From Cirrosporium novae-zelandiae (lineage: Eukaryota), in contig JAPETS010000013.1 of assembly GCA_026023565.1 (NCBI GenBank), forward strand, positions 620,001 to 684,000: a stretch of 64,000 bases of DNA, in the 5' to 3' direction. The notes beneath the pieces are model-generated. The model saw only the letters and a list, made by a program, of their open reading frames with translations. It was not told where the DNA came from and searched no databases. The first letter of the stretch is position 1; each line of letters starts with the position of its first letter. The translations under genes were made by a program, and so were the position numbers. Shown here piece by piece: positions 1 through 11,312 of the stretch.

Positions 1-283
1 GAGGGAGTTGCAGGCGAGGGTGAAGAAGGATAGGACGAGGGTTGAGTTTGTTGGAGGGACGGCTGGGCTCAATGGGAATGGGAATGGGAATGGGAATGGG
101 AACGGGGATGGGAATGGGAACGGGGATGGGAGTGGGAGTGTGAGTGGTAAGGGAACGCCAGCATCGCTCGCGGAACGGTTGAGGGGGGGCGGGGAAGACG
201 GACTTGAGCTGGATAACCAAAAACCGATGTCCGATTGCGGCGAGTCATCCGAACCGCCGAAACGGAGGCGGAAGTGGGACTGA
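1..283 (+). CDS. 3' end of a gene running in from the left edge; unknown product with a Gly-Asn repeat and basic C-terminal KRRRKWD
   Basis: Open frame from the window edge to TGA at 281-283, followed by AT-rich 3' UTR-like sequence. Confidence 0.55.
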   Translation, partial: RELQARVKKDRTRVEFVGGTAGLNGNGNGNGNGNGDGNGNGDGSGSVSGKGTPASLAERLRGGGEDGLELDNQKPMSDCGESSEPPKRRRKWD

Positions 284-1210
284 TATGTTTAGGATGATGA
301 TGATTCATTCTCTTGTCCTTATATTACCTTTGGGCTATGACGGGATATTGATATATCTGGAAAACTACCCTAGGCCAAAGGCGAGATGTGAGGGTGCTAC
401 GATTTCTAAAAATTGAAAAAAAAAATTGAAAATTGAAATGGTATGGAAAGAGAAAGGAGAGAGGAGAGGGGGGGGTGGAGTTCATTATTTCCACCTATGG
501 ATAGGTACATACCATCAATACCATACCATTTATTACAAGAAATAAATGAAACCCCAAGGAAACAATACCAACCCCCCCCCCCATCAACCCTCAACTCCGT
601 ATCCCCCATTCCCCACTCACACCCTTCCCAATTACCTACCTCAAAGATCCGTCAGCTTGCATCTGCGCCGAGTGAAGTGCAGTCAAGCTTTCGAGATACT
701 TTTGCATCGGGGTCGAGAGTGCATCGTAGGCTACATATTGAGACGACTAGAGAGTGTTTCTACCTCCCCCACGAGGTGGTCCGGTCAACACCTTTAGTAA
801 GATATACCTACCTATTCATCTCACAAACACCTTACGCCCAACACCTGAAACAATCCTACGCACGCGCACACTCTCCCATGAGTCTCATCTCGCCATCCCG
901 GTAACCTAGTACTATCTTGCGAAGGAAGAAGAGAGAAATTTATGCAAAAAAGAAAAAAGAAGAAGAAGAAAAGAGAAGACAGAAGGCAGTTTCGAAGGGG
1001 TTTGAAGTCCATGTTGTCCAAGTCCCAAGTCCCAAATCCAAATCCCCCCCCCCCCCCTTTCCTTGTCCTGCCTTACCTTGGTTTTTGGTCCTACATTTTT
1101 TTTATTTTTAATTTTTTTCAAAAAAAACAAGAAGGAACCCCCCTTCCCCCTCATCTATCTAATTGACGTATATATAAGTATAATCAATAAATTACCACTG
1201 CTGCTGCTTA

Positions 1211-1238
1211 TTAGGGTTAGTAAATTGGTCACGTGACC
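1211..1238. promoter_or_regulatory. Telobox TTAGGGTTAG plus palindromic E-box GGTCACGTGACC (Cbf1-type bHLH site)
   Basis: Motifs at 1211-1220 and 1227-1238; TATATAAG at about 1171; target transcript not identified. Confidence 0.4.
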
Positions 1239-1895
1239 CCACTAATTATTTAGCTAACGATTCCCACACAAAGAATCTACAAAGTTTGTTCGTATTTTAT
1301 CTGCTCCAATACTTCTGCTGCTGCTGTTGCTGTTGCTCTTGCGATGTGTGTTTTTTATAATATGGTCATATGGGATTTTTTTCGTTTGGATTATCTAGAT
1401 ATATGAATACTATTCGTTTCCAGTGGTGATGGTTGCTACTAGAACATGAGTGTGTATATGTGTGTGTTTGGTATTGTACCGTATCGTATTCCTGAAATAG
1501 GGTGGTTTCCTAGATAAGGGAAGAAGGAAGAAGATAGGGGGATAGGAGATAGGCTAGGGGATATATTACTTCTTTTATTTTCATCTTATGGTTGGATAAT
1601 TGATGATAATGATGATGACGATGATGATGGGGGCTGAGCCTTTATATTGTAGGATGGATAGATGGATAGATAAGTTACAGGGTCCTAATGATCGCATATA
1701 TATATATTCGCCTGTACATCTAATATCTAATATTCACATAATAGAACTTCTCCTTTTCCTCCCCTCCACCCTCCAGGGACTACTTTTATATTTTTATATC
1801 AGGATGTCAAAGATCTCTGGCTGTTATCAAGCGTCAATCAAGTTTTGATATTCTCTTTCCCACGATTTATCATTGAAGCTTATCGTCGAATCCAT

Positions 1896-1902
<7 letters not shown>

Positions 1903-1927
<25 letters not shown>
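1903..1927. repeat. (AG)n microsatellite
   Basis: Read directly from the sequence. Confidence 0.9.
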
Positions 1928-1934
<7 letters not shown>

Positions 1935-3422
1935 AGAGAAAGGTGTAAACTAAACCAAACCAAGCTAGCATGTCCTCCCCACGCGATAGAAATTTAGAAA
2001 TGTAGAAAACGTGTTATCTGGGACTGGGAGGGACTGGGAGTTATTGAGAAGGAAAGACGATATAAGGGAATAAAGGACATGTTAGTTTGCGGAAATTTGG
2101 GAAATTCTTTTCTTTTCTTTTTTTATATCTATATCGTGATGGTAGTTTGTTTTCTATGCGGGCTAGCTATAGGAAAGAAATATGTCGGATTTAACTTATG
2201 AGAGGTCCTGGATCTAGCTAGATCAGCTCGCGGCAGTCGAGTCAGTTAGTCAGTTGGTCTATAGTCTACTAGTGTAGACTATAGACTGTGAACTCTAGAC
2301 CGAGACCGGCGTAGATGTAGATCAACTCCTAGAGGGACACTTCACCTCTTCTCCAGGTCCATAAATGTCAAGTCAAGTATATTCATTTCCCACTCCCACT
2401 TCTTCCACGCCATCGCAGACGGACGGACGGACTAATCAATTCCATTCCATGTCGAGAACAAGCATTCATTCGTTCGTTCATTGTCGCTTCGTTTCTGCAG
2501 TTAGTGTTGTGAGCCGTCGTCAATGAGCCGGAGATAGGAGAGAAGAAGAAGAGAAGAATTAACTCGTATAATTAGTACGCTAGTACCTAGTTTAACATGG
2601 ATTCAGTGAAATTGAGTGGAATGGAATGAATGGGTGATGGGGACCGAGACCTGCCGTAGGATTCTGTAGATTGAAAACGTGGTAATATGTTCGGAGAAAG
2701 AAAAGGAAAGAAAAGGAAAAGAGGAGGGGGGGGGCGGGCGAATAAACTTAAAGGCAACACAAAAAGGATTTTGTATATATATCCAGTTTCTATTATGTGT
2801 TTGCTGTCCCATCCTCCCAATCATCCTATTCGGGATAGTTCCATAGAGTAAAATGGGGCGAATGTTTTGTGGCTGGTTCACTAGAGACCGGAAAACTGCA
2901 GTTCCCAAGGCCTCGTGTGTACTATGTCTCTCCTGTTATGATGATTGGTAGGAAGTGTGAGCCGTCGAGGGGAGAGGGGGGTTTTAGGTGTCCAATTGTT
3001 GCAGTGACTAGCATGCATGCACATACAATGGTTACAGCTGCTCAGCAACCCATCCGTCCATCTGTCTTGATGGCGGTTGACCGAATTCCATGGTGGTTTG
3101 GTTCGAGTTTAGTGAAGGAGCCCTGTATGAAATACGATAAATATAAATAACTGATATGAAATTTATTCTGACTTGACTAGCAAACGCACGGGATAAGCGC
3201 ACCGGCCCATTACGGCAACCAACGCCGACCGAACCTATACCAGAGTGACACAACTACTATAAGAGAGACGACCGAAACCAATGCAAGCTTTCATGGGTGG
3301 AAAAGGGATGTGAGTGGCGAGCCTTTGATAGGGCAAGATGACGTGAAAAGGGATTTTATTGGTTCCAGAACGTCATGGGCAGATTGACCTAAAGTTTCTT
3401 GAGATTAATTAGTAAAGAACTG

Positions 3423-4247
3423 TTAAAACGGGAGAATTGAAAAATTACCTAGGGAGCGAGTCTCTTCCCTGATTTTCTGTCGCACATCATTCATACTGCC
3501 AAATTCACCATTCCAGCAACCTAACATAACGGCTCCTAGTAGAACATTTGTGACATCTGGGAAGGAGTCGAGCCCTTCATCTGATGTAGGAGGCTTAATT
3601 CCTGTAACCAGCTCATAGAGAAAAGAACCAAATGCGAAAATTTCTGTTTGTACTGTTGTAACCAAAGGACCTTCACTATTATCTGGACGCCGATGGGATG
3701 AATTGTAGTAGACCAGTGGTTCTTTTTGATCAATTGATGAGCCAGCAAAGTCGCAAAGTAACAAGTTAAGTGAATTGTTAATCAAAAAGTTCCGACAGCT
3801 GATATCCGCATGATGAATATTCCATGCATGACAGAATATTAGGGCTTCTGATGCTTCATCAGCCCATTAGCAAATACGCTCTTGTAGAAACTGTCCTCCG
3901 CTTGCACGATATTGTCGAATAGACCCGTGCGAAGCATAAGCCAACTCAATCCTGTATTTAGTATTGCCGTAATAGGTGAGAATGGATGATGGTCGAGTAG
4001 GTAGATTCTGTATTCGTTCGTAGACCTCCATTTCAACCTGACATGCACGACTTTCTTCCTCTGCAGTGAGTGGTATTTTGATGACTTTGTTGGTCCCTGG
4101 ATAGCGGAAACATATTCCACTGGTTCCAGCACCTATAAAATTGTCCGAGGAAATTCCAGGTGGCATTGAAAGAATGTTGCGACCCCCCATTGTGCAGGAA
4201 GAATGCCAGTAACAGGATGGACTTTGTTGTGAGATGTAAGGATCCAC
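3423..4247 (-). pseudogene. Intronless protein kinase-like gene with one in-frame TAA at 3867-3869
   Basis: ORFs 3867-4247 and 3423-3785 share a frame. Across the stop it reads IGAGTSG (Gly loop), VIK, ERIC*WADEASEAL, HADISCRN (catalytic loop), LCDFAGS and EIFAFGSFLYELVTG. Confidence 0.85.
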
Positions 4248-4885
4248 TCAATTGGCTACGCTATGAGGCGGAGGGATAGCGAGGCGGCAGGCTTGATTGA
4301 AGTAGAGGAAGTATTGAATCCATCAACTGCAAGGAGAGAAGAATATGGTCAGTCACGATCAGGTAGCTAAGAGTTGCCCCTGAGACAGACACTTTACGCG
4401 CAACCGTTACACAAGTTCAATGTGACGATACCCCGAGCCTCATCCACACGATGCTGCCTTACTGACGCCCCCGCACTTGTCTAAGAAAAGCTTTGGTAGT
4501 TTCATTGTCACGACTCCAGGAATCTAAAAGCTGTTGCGGCCAGTGATGTATAAACATATTTAAAATAATAAATACTTATATGATGTCAAGAGAAGCAATC
4601 GCTAGTGCGGTTGGGGGGGGGGGGGGCTCCACACGGAATTTAACGATTTTAAGAAACCTTTAGGTAATATTTGGTGTGGTTACTAATTGCCTTATTTATT
4701 ATTAGCCATCCATTCAATCAAGCCAGTCAGATAACTAAAATATTTATTTCCTAAATAGTTATACTGTCATTATAAATTGTTTTTTTTATTTAGTTACATT
4801 TTGCTAAGATTAAAGGAACAACAAGGTTATAGTTATACTACCGCATCAAAGAACGAGGGAGGGTCACATGTTTAATGATGTATTA

Positions 4886-5586
4886 TTATACCTCGATAAA
4901 AATGTAAATGAAAGACTGGACCCGGAAAAGTGACCTTGGGGAGGCCTTCAATAACCCACACCAACTAAACACCCCTTGGTCAACAGTCCTCGGCTCTGAG
5001 CCACTCGGATAACGCTAATACCTTGAGAGCGCCGCCCAGGCGGTTTGCCTGCTGCCTTGGGCTATGATCTCTGCGTTCTCTAGGTCTGATATTATGGTAT
5101 AAATCCAATACCGGCACCCTTCGAAGTTTTCTGTGCATGTATATTTTCCCCTTCTATTTCTGGAAATCAGATCCGTAATGGTTTCAGTGAAGGGAATAGA
5201 CCAGACCAGACCAGACCGGTCTGGTCTGGTCTGGTCTATTCCCTTCACTGAATGGTTTTGACCGTTGGTGCACCCAACGGGGTGAATGAAACCATTTTGA
5301 TGGCATTTTTAGTAGAGGGGTATGGCTTCGAGCAGATCTCAAGCTCCCCCCTTCGCCCATCCGAGCCATATCCAGCCGCCATATCAAGTCTGACAGATTC
5401 ACGGCCCGATAGTTCAAGGAAGGCAGTCCAATGGTTGGCTGGAGGCCGTCCAGTCTCATCTCCTTTATTCCATTGATTTGTATACCCACAAATGTGTACG
5501 GTAATAACGGATTTCCCGAGATCGGTAGTGTCGAACTTGCTGGAGTCCCAGTCGCTGTTCATTGCTAAAGATATACTGTTAGCCAT
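4886..5586 (-). pseudogene. Small fungal hypothetical protein (NHW...GCRYW motifs, DUF7770-like), broken by a 66-bp insertion and a TAG at 5015-5017
   Basis: Removing the insert and one TSD copy joins ...GAPTVKTI to TDLISRNRRGKY...EGCRYWIYTII. The frame continues past the TAG as Y*RYPSGSEPRTVDQGVF. Family name is from memory; true 3' end uncertain. Confidence 0.75.
5185..5250. mobile_element. 66-bp perfectly palindromic MITE, hAT-like
   Basis: CAGTG...CACTG termini, 33-bp arms with internal (CCAGA)n and no spacer; 8-bp direct repeat AATGGTTT at 5177-5184 and 5251-5258. Confidence 0.85.
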
Positions 5587-6054
5587 GATTTCAAAATATA
5601 TCGTGATTATTACCTTCTGTAGCTTGCTCTTTGTATAATCTGACTCAGGATAAGCTATTTGATATAAAGAGAGAGTAAGGTGAAAGTAAGGTGAGAACAA
5701 GGTGTTTGTGGAAATATATAATGTCAAATTCACTGCATTTTATACTTCTAGTCCTCTATAGTCCGACTGCCGAGGTTAGTTACTTTAGGTCTATGGTTAT
5801 TTGTAACATTCACTGGTAATGTTATTGTCTGATGTCTATCGAACGCCTTTTCTGCTCGAGAAAGTGGGTGGTAAGCATGAGCAAAAGATAATGCTACACC
5901 GCATGTAGCTAAGAAAAATTATGCAGCGTAGGCTAAGACATGCGGCATGAATTGTACTACGGGTGACTTGTACATATCAAAGCCTGCTGCCTGAAAAAAG
6001 TCAGAGGTGGTCCATGTCGCGAGTAAAGATGTAGGACGACATTCCTAGCCTCTA

Positions 6055-6954
6055 TTATGCGGGGCGTCTAGATGGTGCACCGTTGTGCAAAATTTCGTTC
6101 CTCCGTCCAGCTGAGAACCGTGTGAATCTCGTCCTTACTTGTTCTAGTATATCTCTCTCTCGACGAAAGATTCCGACTGAAATCCAGCTAAAAACCCTCC
6201 ATCGTAACCGAGCAATCTAACCCCAGTTCTGAGGGACATGGGAATTCTGCATAGAAGCATACTCAAAATAAATAGGATACCATCCTGAATACTCCCAATC
6301 CAAAAGCCAGAGATGCCCGCAATTATCAACGATAATATTTCGAGGGGCAAGGTCATGGTGAGTAAAAACAAGAGATGTAGGGGTCCTAGGTAGATATTGC
6401 TGACTGCAGGGTGCGACCTGTTTTGGGACTGGTCTTCGCATCATGGATGGGGAAAAACCAATCCAAAATTTGATGAAGGACATGATAACCTCAGGAGTCG
6501 AATGTAAAGGAAGGTTATAGCGATCATCCAACCAGAAAGACCTACATTCGCCACTTGACAGGGACCCTGCAGTCGAAGAAGTCACAGACCTTAACCTGCG
6601 GACAAATTGACGTAGTTGGATAGCCAATCTTATAGTCGCGATCCAGCCGATTTGTACCCAAGAATCTTCCAAGGTGACCCCATTAATTCGTTCCATAATG
6701 AAGTATACATTATTACCAATCTCAATAGTCCGTTTCATGCTGGGGACGCGAATGCCAAGTTGACGAGCCATATTCATGGCCCTAACGTCGTCTTCTGCGT
6801 TTTTTGGTAAAGACTGCTTTACCACAAAATTGGAAGACAAGAAAGATACCCTGTGAGACGAGGGAAGTGGAGGGGACTTGAGAATGTAGCGGACTAGGTC
6901 CGCGCTGAAATAGCTTAAAAGCTGCTCTTCATCGAAGTCGGAGTCCATGTCCAT
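6055..6954 (-). pseudogene. Aminoglycoside-phosphotransferase/choline-kinase-like (APH family) gene with a probable premature TAG at 6217-6219
   Basis: FTHHDLAPRNI and LLDWEYSGWYP motifs; the frame stays open for 53 more codons after the TAG (NWG*IARLRWRVFSW...) to TAA at 6055. Could still make a truncated protein. Confidence 0.7.
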
Positions 6955-7919
6955 CGCTGTCAGGAAAGATGGCTTCTAAAAACTGATAGGTGATAGCCCA
7001 ACTGAACAATAGAAGAGAATTGGGCAAATGAAAATATTCATACACGGCGTTAGGAGGTAGGCGTAAGAGGAAACTAGGCTAAAGGTAGAGCTCTTCATTT
7101 GTGAAGTAGTCTCTATAGTCTAAAGAAAGAAAGTTATATCCTAGTAGAGATATATTGATATCCCGGAATGTTCCGTGCCAAGCTTAGATTGATAGCTCAT
7201 TTTAGCATGCGGGGTAGTGTGGAGTTAATCCCCCTTAGGTTAGGCTGTAGGGCCAAAGCCACTAATTATCCTATTGTAACCAATCGAACCAATCGCCGTT
7301 TAAAAGCCTACAAATACTTTCGAAAGCTTTTAATTAGCCAGGCACGCCATATCTTTCCCAACGCCCTTTTAAGTGCCCGGTAAGTATGGTAAGCGCCCTA
7401 TCCCATCCCATCCCATCCCATCCCTTGTTATTGTTACAAACATCCCTAGGATTTGGGGCTCAATACTCGAGTATAGCATGACTCACATCTATCTACTTAG
7501 TACAGTATCTAGGTGCCAGGATTTTTATTTGCTTATTAAAAGTCTATAGAGTATAATCTAATAAGGTGCAAGCTCTGGATATAAAGTGGGTCATGTGGCG
7601 TCGCATTTATATAACTTTAGTTACGTTACACAGTTATCTAGGGGATAATTAGGAAAACGTTAAAGTTGGCGTAAGATATTTGGTTGTCTCTGTAAATAGG
7701 TATCTAGATATTAGAGATTTAATGGAGGGGAGGTGGTTTTAATTAGAGGATAAAGTAAGGAAAAGTGAGACGAGGCAAGGTAAGGCAGGATTAGGTAGCA
7801 ACACTCCCACCGACTTATGGCGGCGGCACCGTTGAGAAGTTTTCTACAAATCTACATCTACTACCAATGCATATCCCCCTTGAGTATGCTACTTCCCTTG
7901 AATCTAAGAATCTATGAAT

Positions 7920-9998
7920 TTATGTCGTAGGACCCATACCAAATCCCCTACCCATTTTCCTCGCCCTCCCTTCTCTCCGGTTATGATTCCCCCTAGCGCC
8001 TTTATTCTGCTCTTTCCTTTGCCTCGCCACCTGAGTGTCTCGATCGGAGCTCGGGCCGGCGACATTGGCCCCCCCTCTTCCCCCTCTTCCACCCCTGCGG
8101 CCTCTACCACCACCACGCCCACCACGATGCGAAGGAACATCCGATGATTCAGGGTTTGACTCTCCATCATTATCATCATCGATTTTGTTCCATCGTGTTC
8201 GGCCCAGCCCGTGCTGATGGCCCGAGAAGGTAGAGTACCTCGCCTCCATTCGTCTGAGCTGGGCTGGATTCCGGGAGAGCATTAACGCCCAGCCTTCGAT
8301 AGCTTCGTCGGTCATTCCCGTTTGCTGTTTTAGCTTCTCGCGCGCGGGGCTTCGGCGTGTGGATGAGTCACGGTCGAAGAGAGTTGGGGTGGCTTTGTAA
8401 GTTTGGAAAAGTAAGGTTTCGTTCTCATCGGGGGTAGCCGTGCTGGAATTTGGCGCTGATTGTTGGCCTATTTTGTTATTGTTGTTCTTGCGTTTAGTGT
8501 CGATATCTGGATCTCCTCCGGGGATAGATGAGTCGACGGTTCCCCCGACATCTTCTACGTCATATGTATCATCTCTTTCGTCATCATCGGGGTCAAACGC
8601 CGCAAGCGCAGCCAGGATCGAAGATTTCGAGGGAGCTGAGGTCCGGTCGGAGAGCAAGGCATCGGCTGTCGTGACCTTGCTACTATGGATGTTAGAACGG
8701 GGATTAGAGAACGAGTGTGTGCTCGCGGCGAAGTGTCGGATAGGGAGTGCTGTTTCAGTATGCTGTGGCTCTCTTGGAATAGAAGGCCGCCGGAAGGAAG
8801 CAGGAAGTGGCAGATTGGTCGAGCGATCAAGATGTTGTAGATGTTCAGGGATGTCATTGTCTAGAAGATGCGCTGTGACTTGTTCCACTGAGCCGTTGTA
8901 TGCAGCTAACAGATTCTTAATGAAAAGGGACCCAAGGTCCGGGAAAAGATCTTGAACTTGGCTAATCGATTCGACAGAATATATATCATCATCTGCATCA
9001 CTGGTATTGGTAATATCTATAGCTCGACCCTTGCCTTTGTCGGTGCGATGGCTTTTTCGCTGGGTACGCTTTTGGTGCAGAGGTGCTGATATATTATAAG
9101 CGTGGAGAGACTTTGCTAAAGATTCGGCACGCGTTTTCGAGGATGCGGGTATAGAGGTCTGGAGCATAGACAGCAATGGTGTGCTAGAAACGAGATCTGA
9201 TAATAAGCTATCTCGGAGTAATTGTTTGCTCTGCTTGTTTGCAGCTTGCGCCTTCAAGTCGAAGATATGGTCGAATAGCATAGAATAGTTAGGGGTTGTT
9301 CCCCTAGCTAGGGAGGTTAACGCTAGGTAGACATTCGCAACGATCATCTTGCGCAACTCAATCATAGTTGCTATATGATATTCAGGATTATAGAGGTCTG
9401 ATAGAGAATCCAGATAGTCGGACCCTGTCATCAATACCACGCCCACTCCCGGTACCACCTTCATGAAGAATGTCAAGCACCTTAATAATTCCTTCAATTC
9501 CATTGAGTTTGTAGGATTCTTTGAGGATGCCTGGCTAATAACCTGGGCTTTCATTTTCTCGAGACTAGGCTGAATTACTGCTCTTTCCCGCGTCCAAATC
9601 CCCTGTAGAAGGCGCTGCAAAGCGGCACTCTGTGGATACCCAATGCATATATCTGCCAAAACTCTCGCCTCCAGTAGTTCAGGGGGTGGTTTGTCAAGCT
9701 CTAAAAACATTTTCATCATTATAAAGACGACCTTTTTCAATTTCACTGCCTGTTCCCCCGCTAATAATACATCATCTGATACGGCTTGTGAAAGTTCATG
9801 AAAGTAAGATTTGAGGAAACGGATCTGTGAATCTGAGAATGAAGCACTGGGCGGCGGAGAATGTAATGTCATTTCTGCGAGGGTAATCCAGGCATCAAGA
9901 CAGGACGACCATTCAGGGACGACGAGGACTTTGCGGAGGCTTGAAGGTGGTATGGGGGCCATTGGGGGGAGAGTGCTTGCGGAGGTGGGAGGAGCCAT
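7920..9998 (-). CDS. CUE3: CUE-domain protein, ASCC2/Cue3 (Rqt3) of the ribosome quality control trigger complex
   Basis: CUE motif ISQVQDLFPDLG...VEQVTAHLLD, acidic DDDERDDTYD, MTDEAIEGWA, RGG tract, C-terminal NHNRREGRARKM; intronless. Confidence 0.88.
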   Translation of the reverse strand: MAPPTSASTLPPMAPIPPSSLRKVLVVPEWSSCLDAWITLAEMTLHSPPPSASFSDSQIRFLKSYFHELSQAVSDDVLLAGEQAVKLKKVVFIMMKMFLELDKPPPELLEARVLADICIGYPQSAALQRLLQGIWTRERAVIQPSLEKMKAQVISQASSKNPTNSMELKELLRCLTFFMKVVPGVGVVLMTGSDYLDSLSDLYNPEYHIATMIELRKMIVANVYLALTSLARGTTPNYSMLFDHIFDLKAQAANKQSKQLLRDSLLSDLVSSTPLLSMLQTSIPASSKTRAESLAKSLHAYNISAPLHQKRTQRKSHRTDKGKGRAIDITNTSDADDDIYSVESISQVQDLFPDLGSLFIKNLLAAYNGSVEQVTAHLLDNDIPEHLQHLDRSTNLPLPASFRRPSIPREPQHTETALPIRHFAASTHSFSNPRSNIHSSKVTTADALLSDRTSAPSKSSILAALAAFDPDDDERDDTYDVEDVGGTVDSSIPGGDPDIDTKRKNNNNKIGQQSAPNSSTATPDENETLLFQTYKATPTLFDRDSSTRRSPAREKLKQQTGMTDEAIEGWALMLSRNPAQLRRMEARYSTFSGHQHGLGRTRWNKIDDDNDGESNPESSDVPSHRGGRGGGRGRRGGRGGRGGANVAGPSSDRDTQVARQRKEQNKGARGNHNRREGRARKMGRGFGMGPTT

Positions 9999-10550
9999 GA
10001 CCAACTTTGGAAATGATGAGGGAGATATTTGGAATTGTAGATATATTATGGATAGAGAGGTTGAGCCCAATATGAAGTCAATAAGGGCCTCATAAACAAC
10101 AGCCGATTAGAAAACTAGAGGCTGTTGATTTCTGATAATTCCTCTACCTTTTGGTTCTGGTCCATGACGATTTTAATAAAAATAAGAAGCAAACCAAGCA
10201 AACACGGCCCTATGTCCCTTGTCCACCGTGCTCAATCTGATAGGGCAAGACTAGGATAATTAGGGAAGGTCGGCATGTCGGGCTCTAGCGAATGCCAAGA
10301 CTTTCAATCCCACAACGCCAAAATACCGACCAAAAATCTCCAGATCGCAAATCGCAAACAGTCCCCAAAACCTCAAGTCAAAACTCCACGACCCTCAGCC
10401 TTTCATCACCTTACCGAACCACCGCCGTTCAGGTCTTGATTGGCATTAGCATTTCAGAACAGGTACTTTACAACCTCCATTCCAGCTTTGGGCGCATTCA
10501 TCGCAATAGCATCCTAACTATAATCAATCACCTACAGCAAAAAAAAAACC

Positions 10551-10998
10551 ATGTCTTATAACAAGCCCTCCAAGGAGGACTATGGCGAGGGTCCCAAGAT
10601 CCATAAAATCCGGATCACCCTTACATCCCGAAAGGTTCAGTCGCTCGAGAAGGTCTGCACCGAGCTCATTGAACGTGCGAAGACAAAGGATCTCCGCGTC
10701 AAGGGCCCCGTCCGTCTGCCAACCAAGTGCTTGAAGATCTCAACAAGAAAGACCCCTTGTGGTGAGGGTAGCAAGACTTGGGATATGTATGAGATGAGAA
10801 TCCATAAGCGATTGATTGAGTGAGTGTTCCCCGGCTAGCCATGGTGGAGCTGTTGCAAAAATGTCGCAGACCTTCAACCTTGGATAGTATGCTAATCAGC
10901 GATGTGTATGTAGTCTCAATGCTCCCACCGAAGTCGTCAAACAGATCATTATCAATATCGAAGCTGGTGTCGAGGTCGAGGTTACTATCGCTACCTAA
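10551..10998 (+). CDS. RPS20: 40S ribosomal protein S20 (uS10); intron 10820-10913; probable 5' UTR intron 10463-10537
   Basis: KIRITLTS...KGPVRLPTK...[13 protein letters not shown]...IHKRLID; spliced C-terminus [27 protein letters not shown]. Confidence 0.97.
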
Positions 10999-11312
10999 GC
11001 GTAGTCACTAAGAAATGTATGCTGGACCTTTCAAGAGATCAAGGAGGTTTTACTTGACAGCAAAATAAAAATGCGTCATGGTATTATATAGAAGACAAAC
11101 CCCTCATCTATATTAGATGAACGGAGTAGTTGCAGCGTAGCTAGTATTATGATAAATGAAAAACGCTATTTCGATGCTTAAAGTAAATGGTCTATATCCA
11201 TTTGGTGTCTCCTAGAATCGTAAACACACATTAACAGTAACGCCTTCACCATCCGGTTTTGACTTCTATATATAAATCCCTTGACTGCATTGTTGCTGTC
11301 CATTCTACCTCA

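Noticed and set aside
1211..1220. CTAACCCTAA (minus strand; also TAACCCTAAC at 53433) as a telomerase RNA template
   Set aside because: There is not enough complex sequence or room for a 1.5-2 kb fungal TR and no recognisable pseudoknot; more likely a telobox or chance.
2257..2286. 13-bp hairpin GTCTATAGTCTAC/GTAGACTATAGAC
   Set aside because: Lies in low-complexity CTAG/TAGT-rich DNA, with no TSD or other support.
2508..2967. 12-bp direct repeat TGTGAGCCGTCG at 2508 and 2956
   Set aside because: Only two copies with no element structure between them.
443..3253. Short ORFs in the six-frame track here (and similar ones at 41443-42617, 51270-52186, 56096-56446)
   Set aside because: They translate microsatellites or homopolymers, or have no recognisable motifs.
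5185..5250. The palindromic insert acting as an introner
   Set aside because: No GT-AG pair at its ends restores the frame cleanly, and the host gene has an additional stop.
3867..6219. Stop-codon reassignment or readthrough (TAG=Trp, TAA=Gln) as the explanation for the three in-frame stops
   Set aside because: Conserved genes in this window terminate normally at TAG and TAA; point mutation in a decaying island is simpler.
3194..7396. TAAGCGC at both ends of the island as a target-site duplication or Starship boundary
   Set aside because: A 7-mer chosen post hoc, the left boundary is unclear, and no recombinase gene is present.
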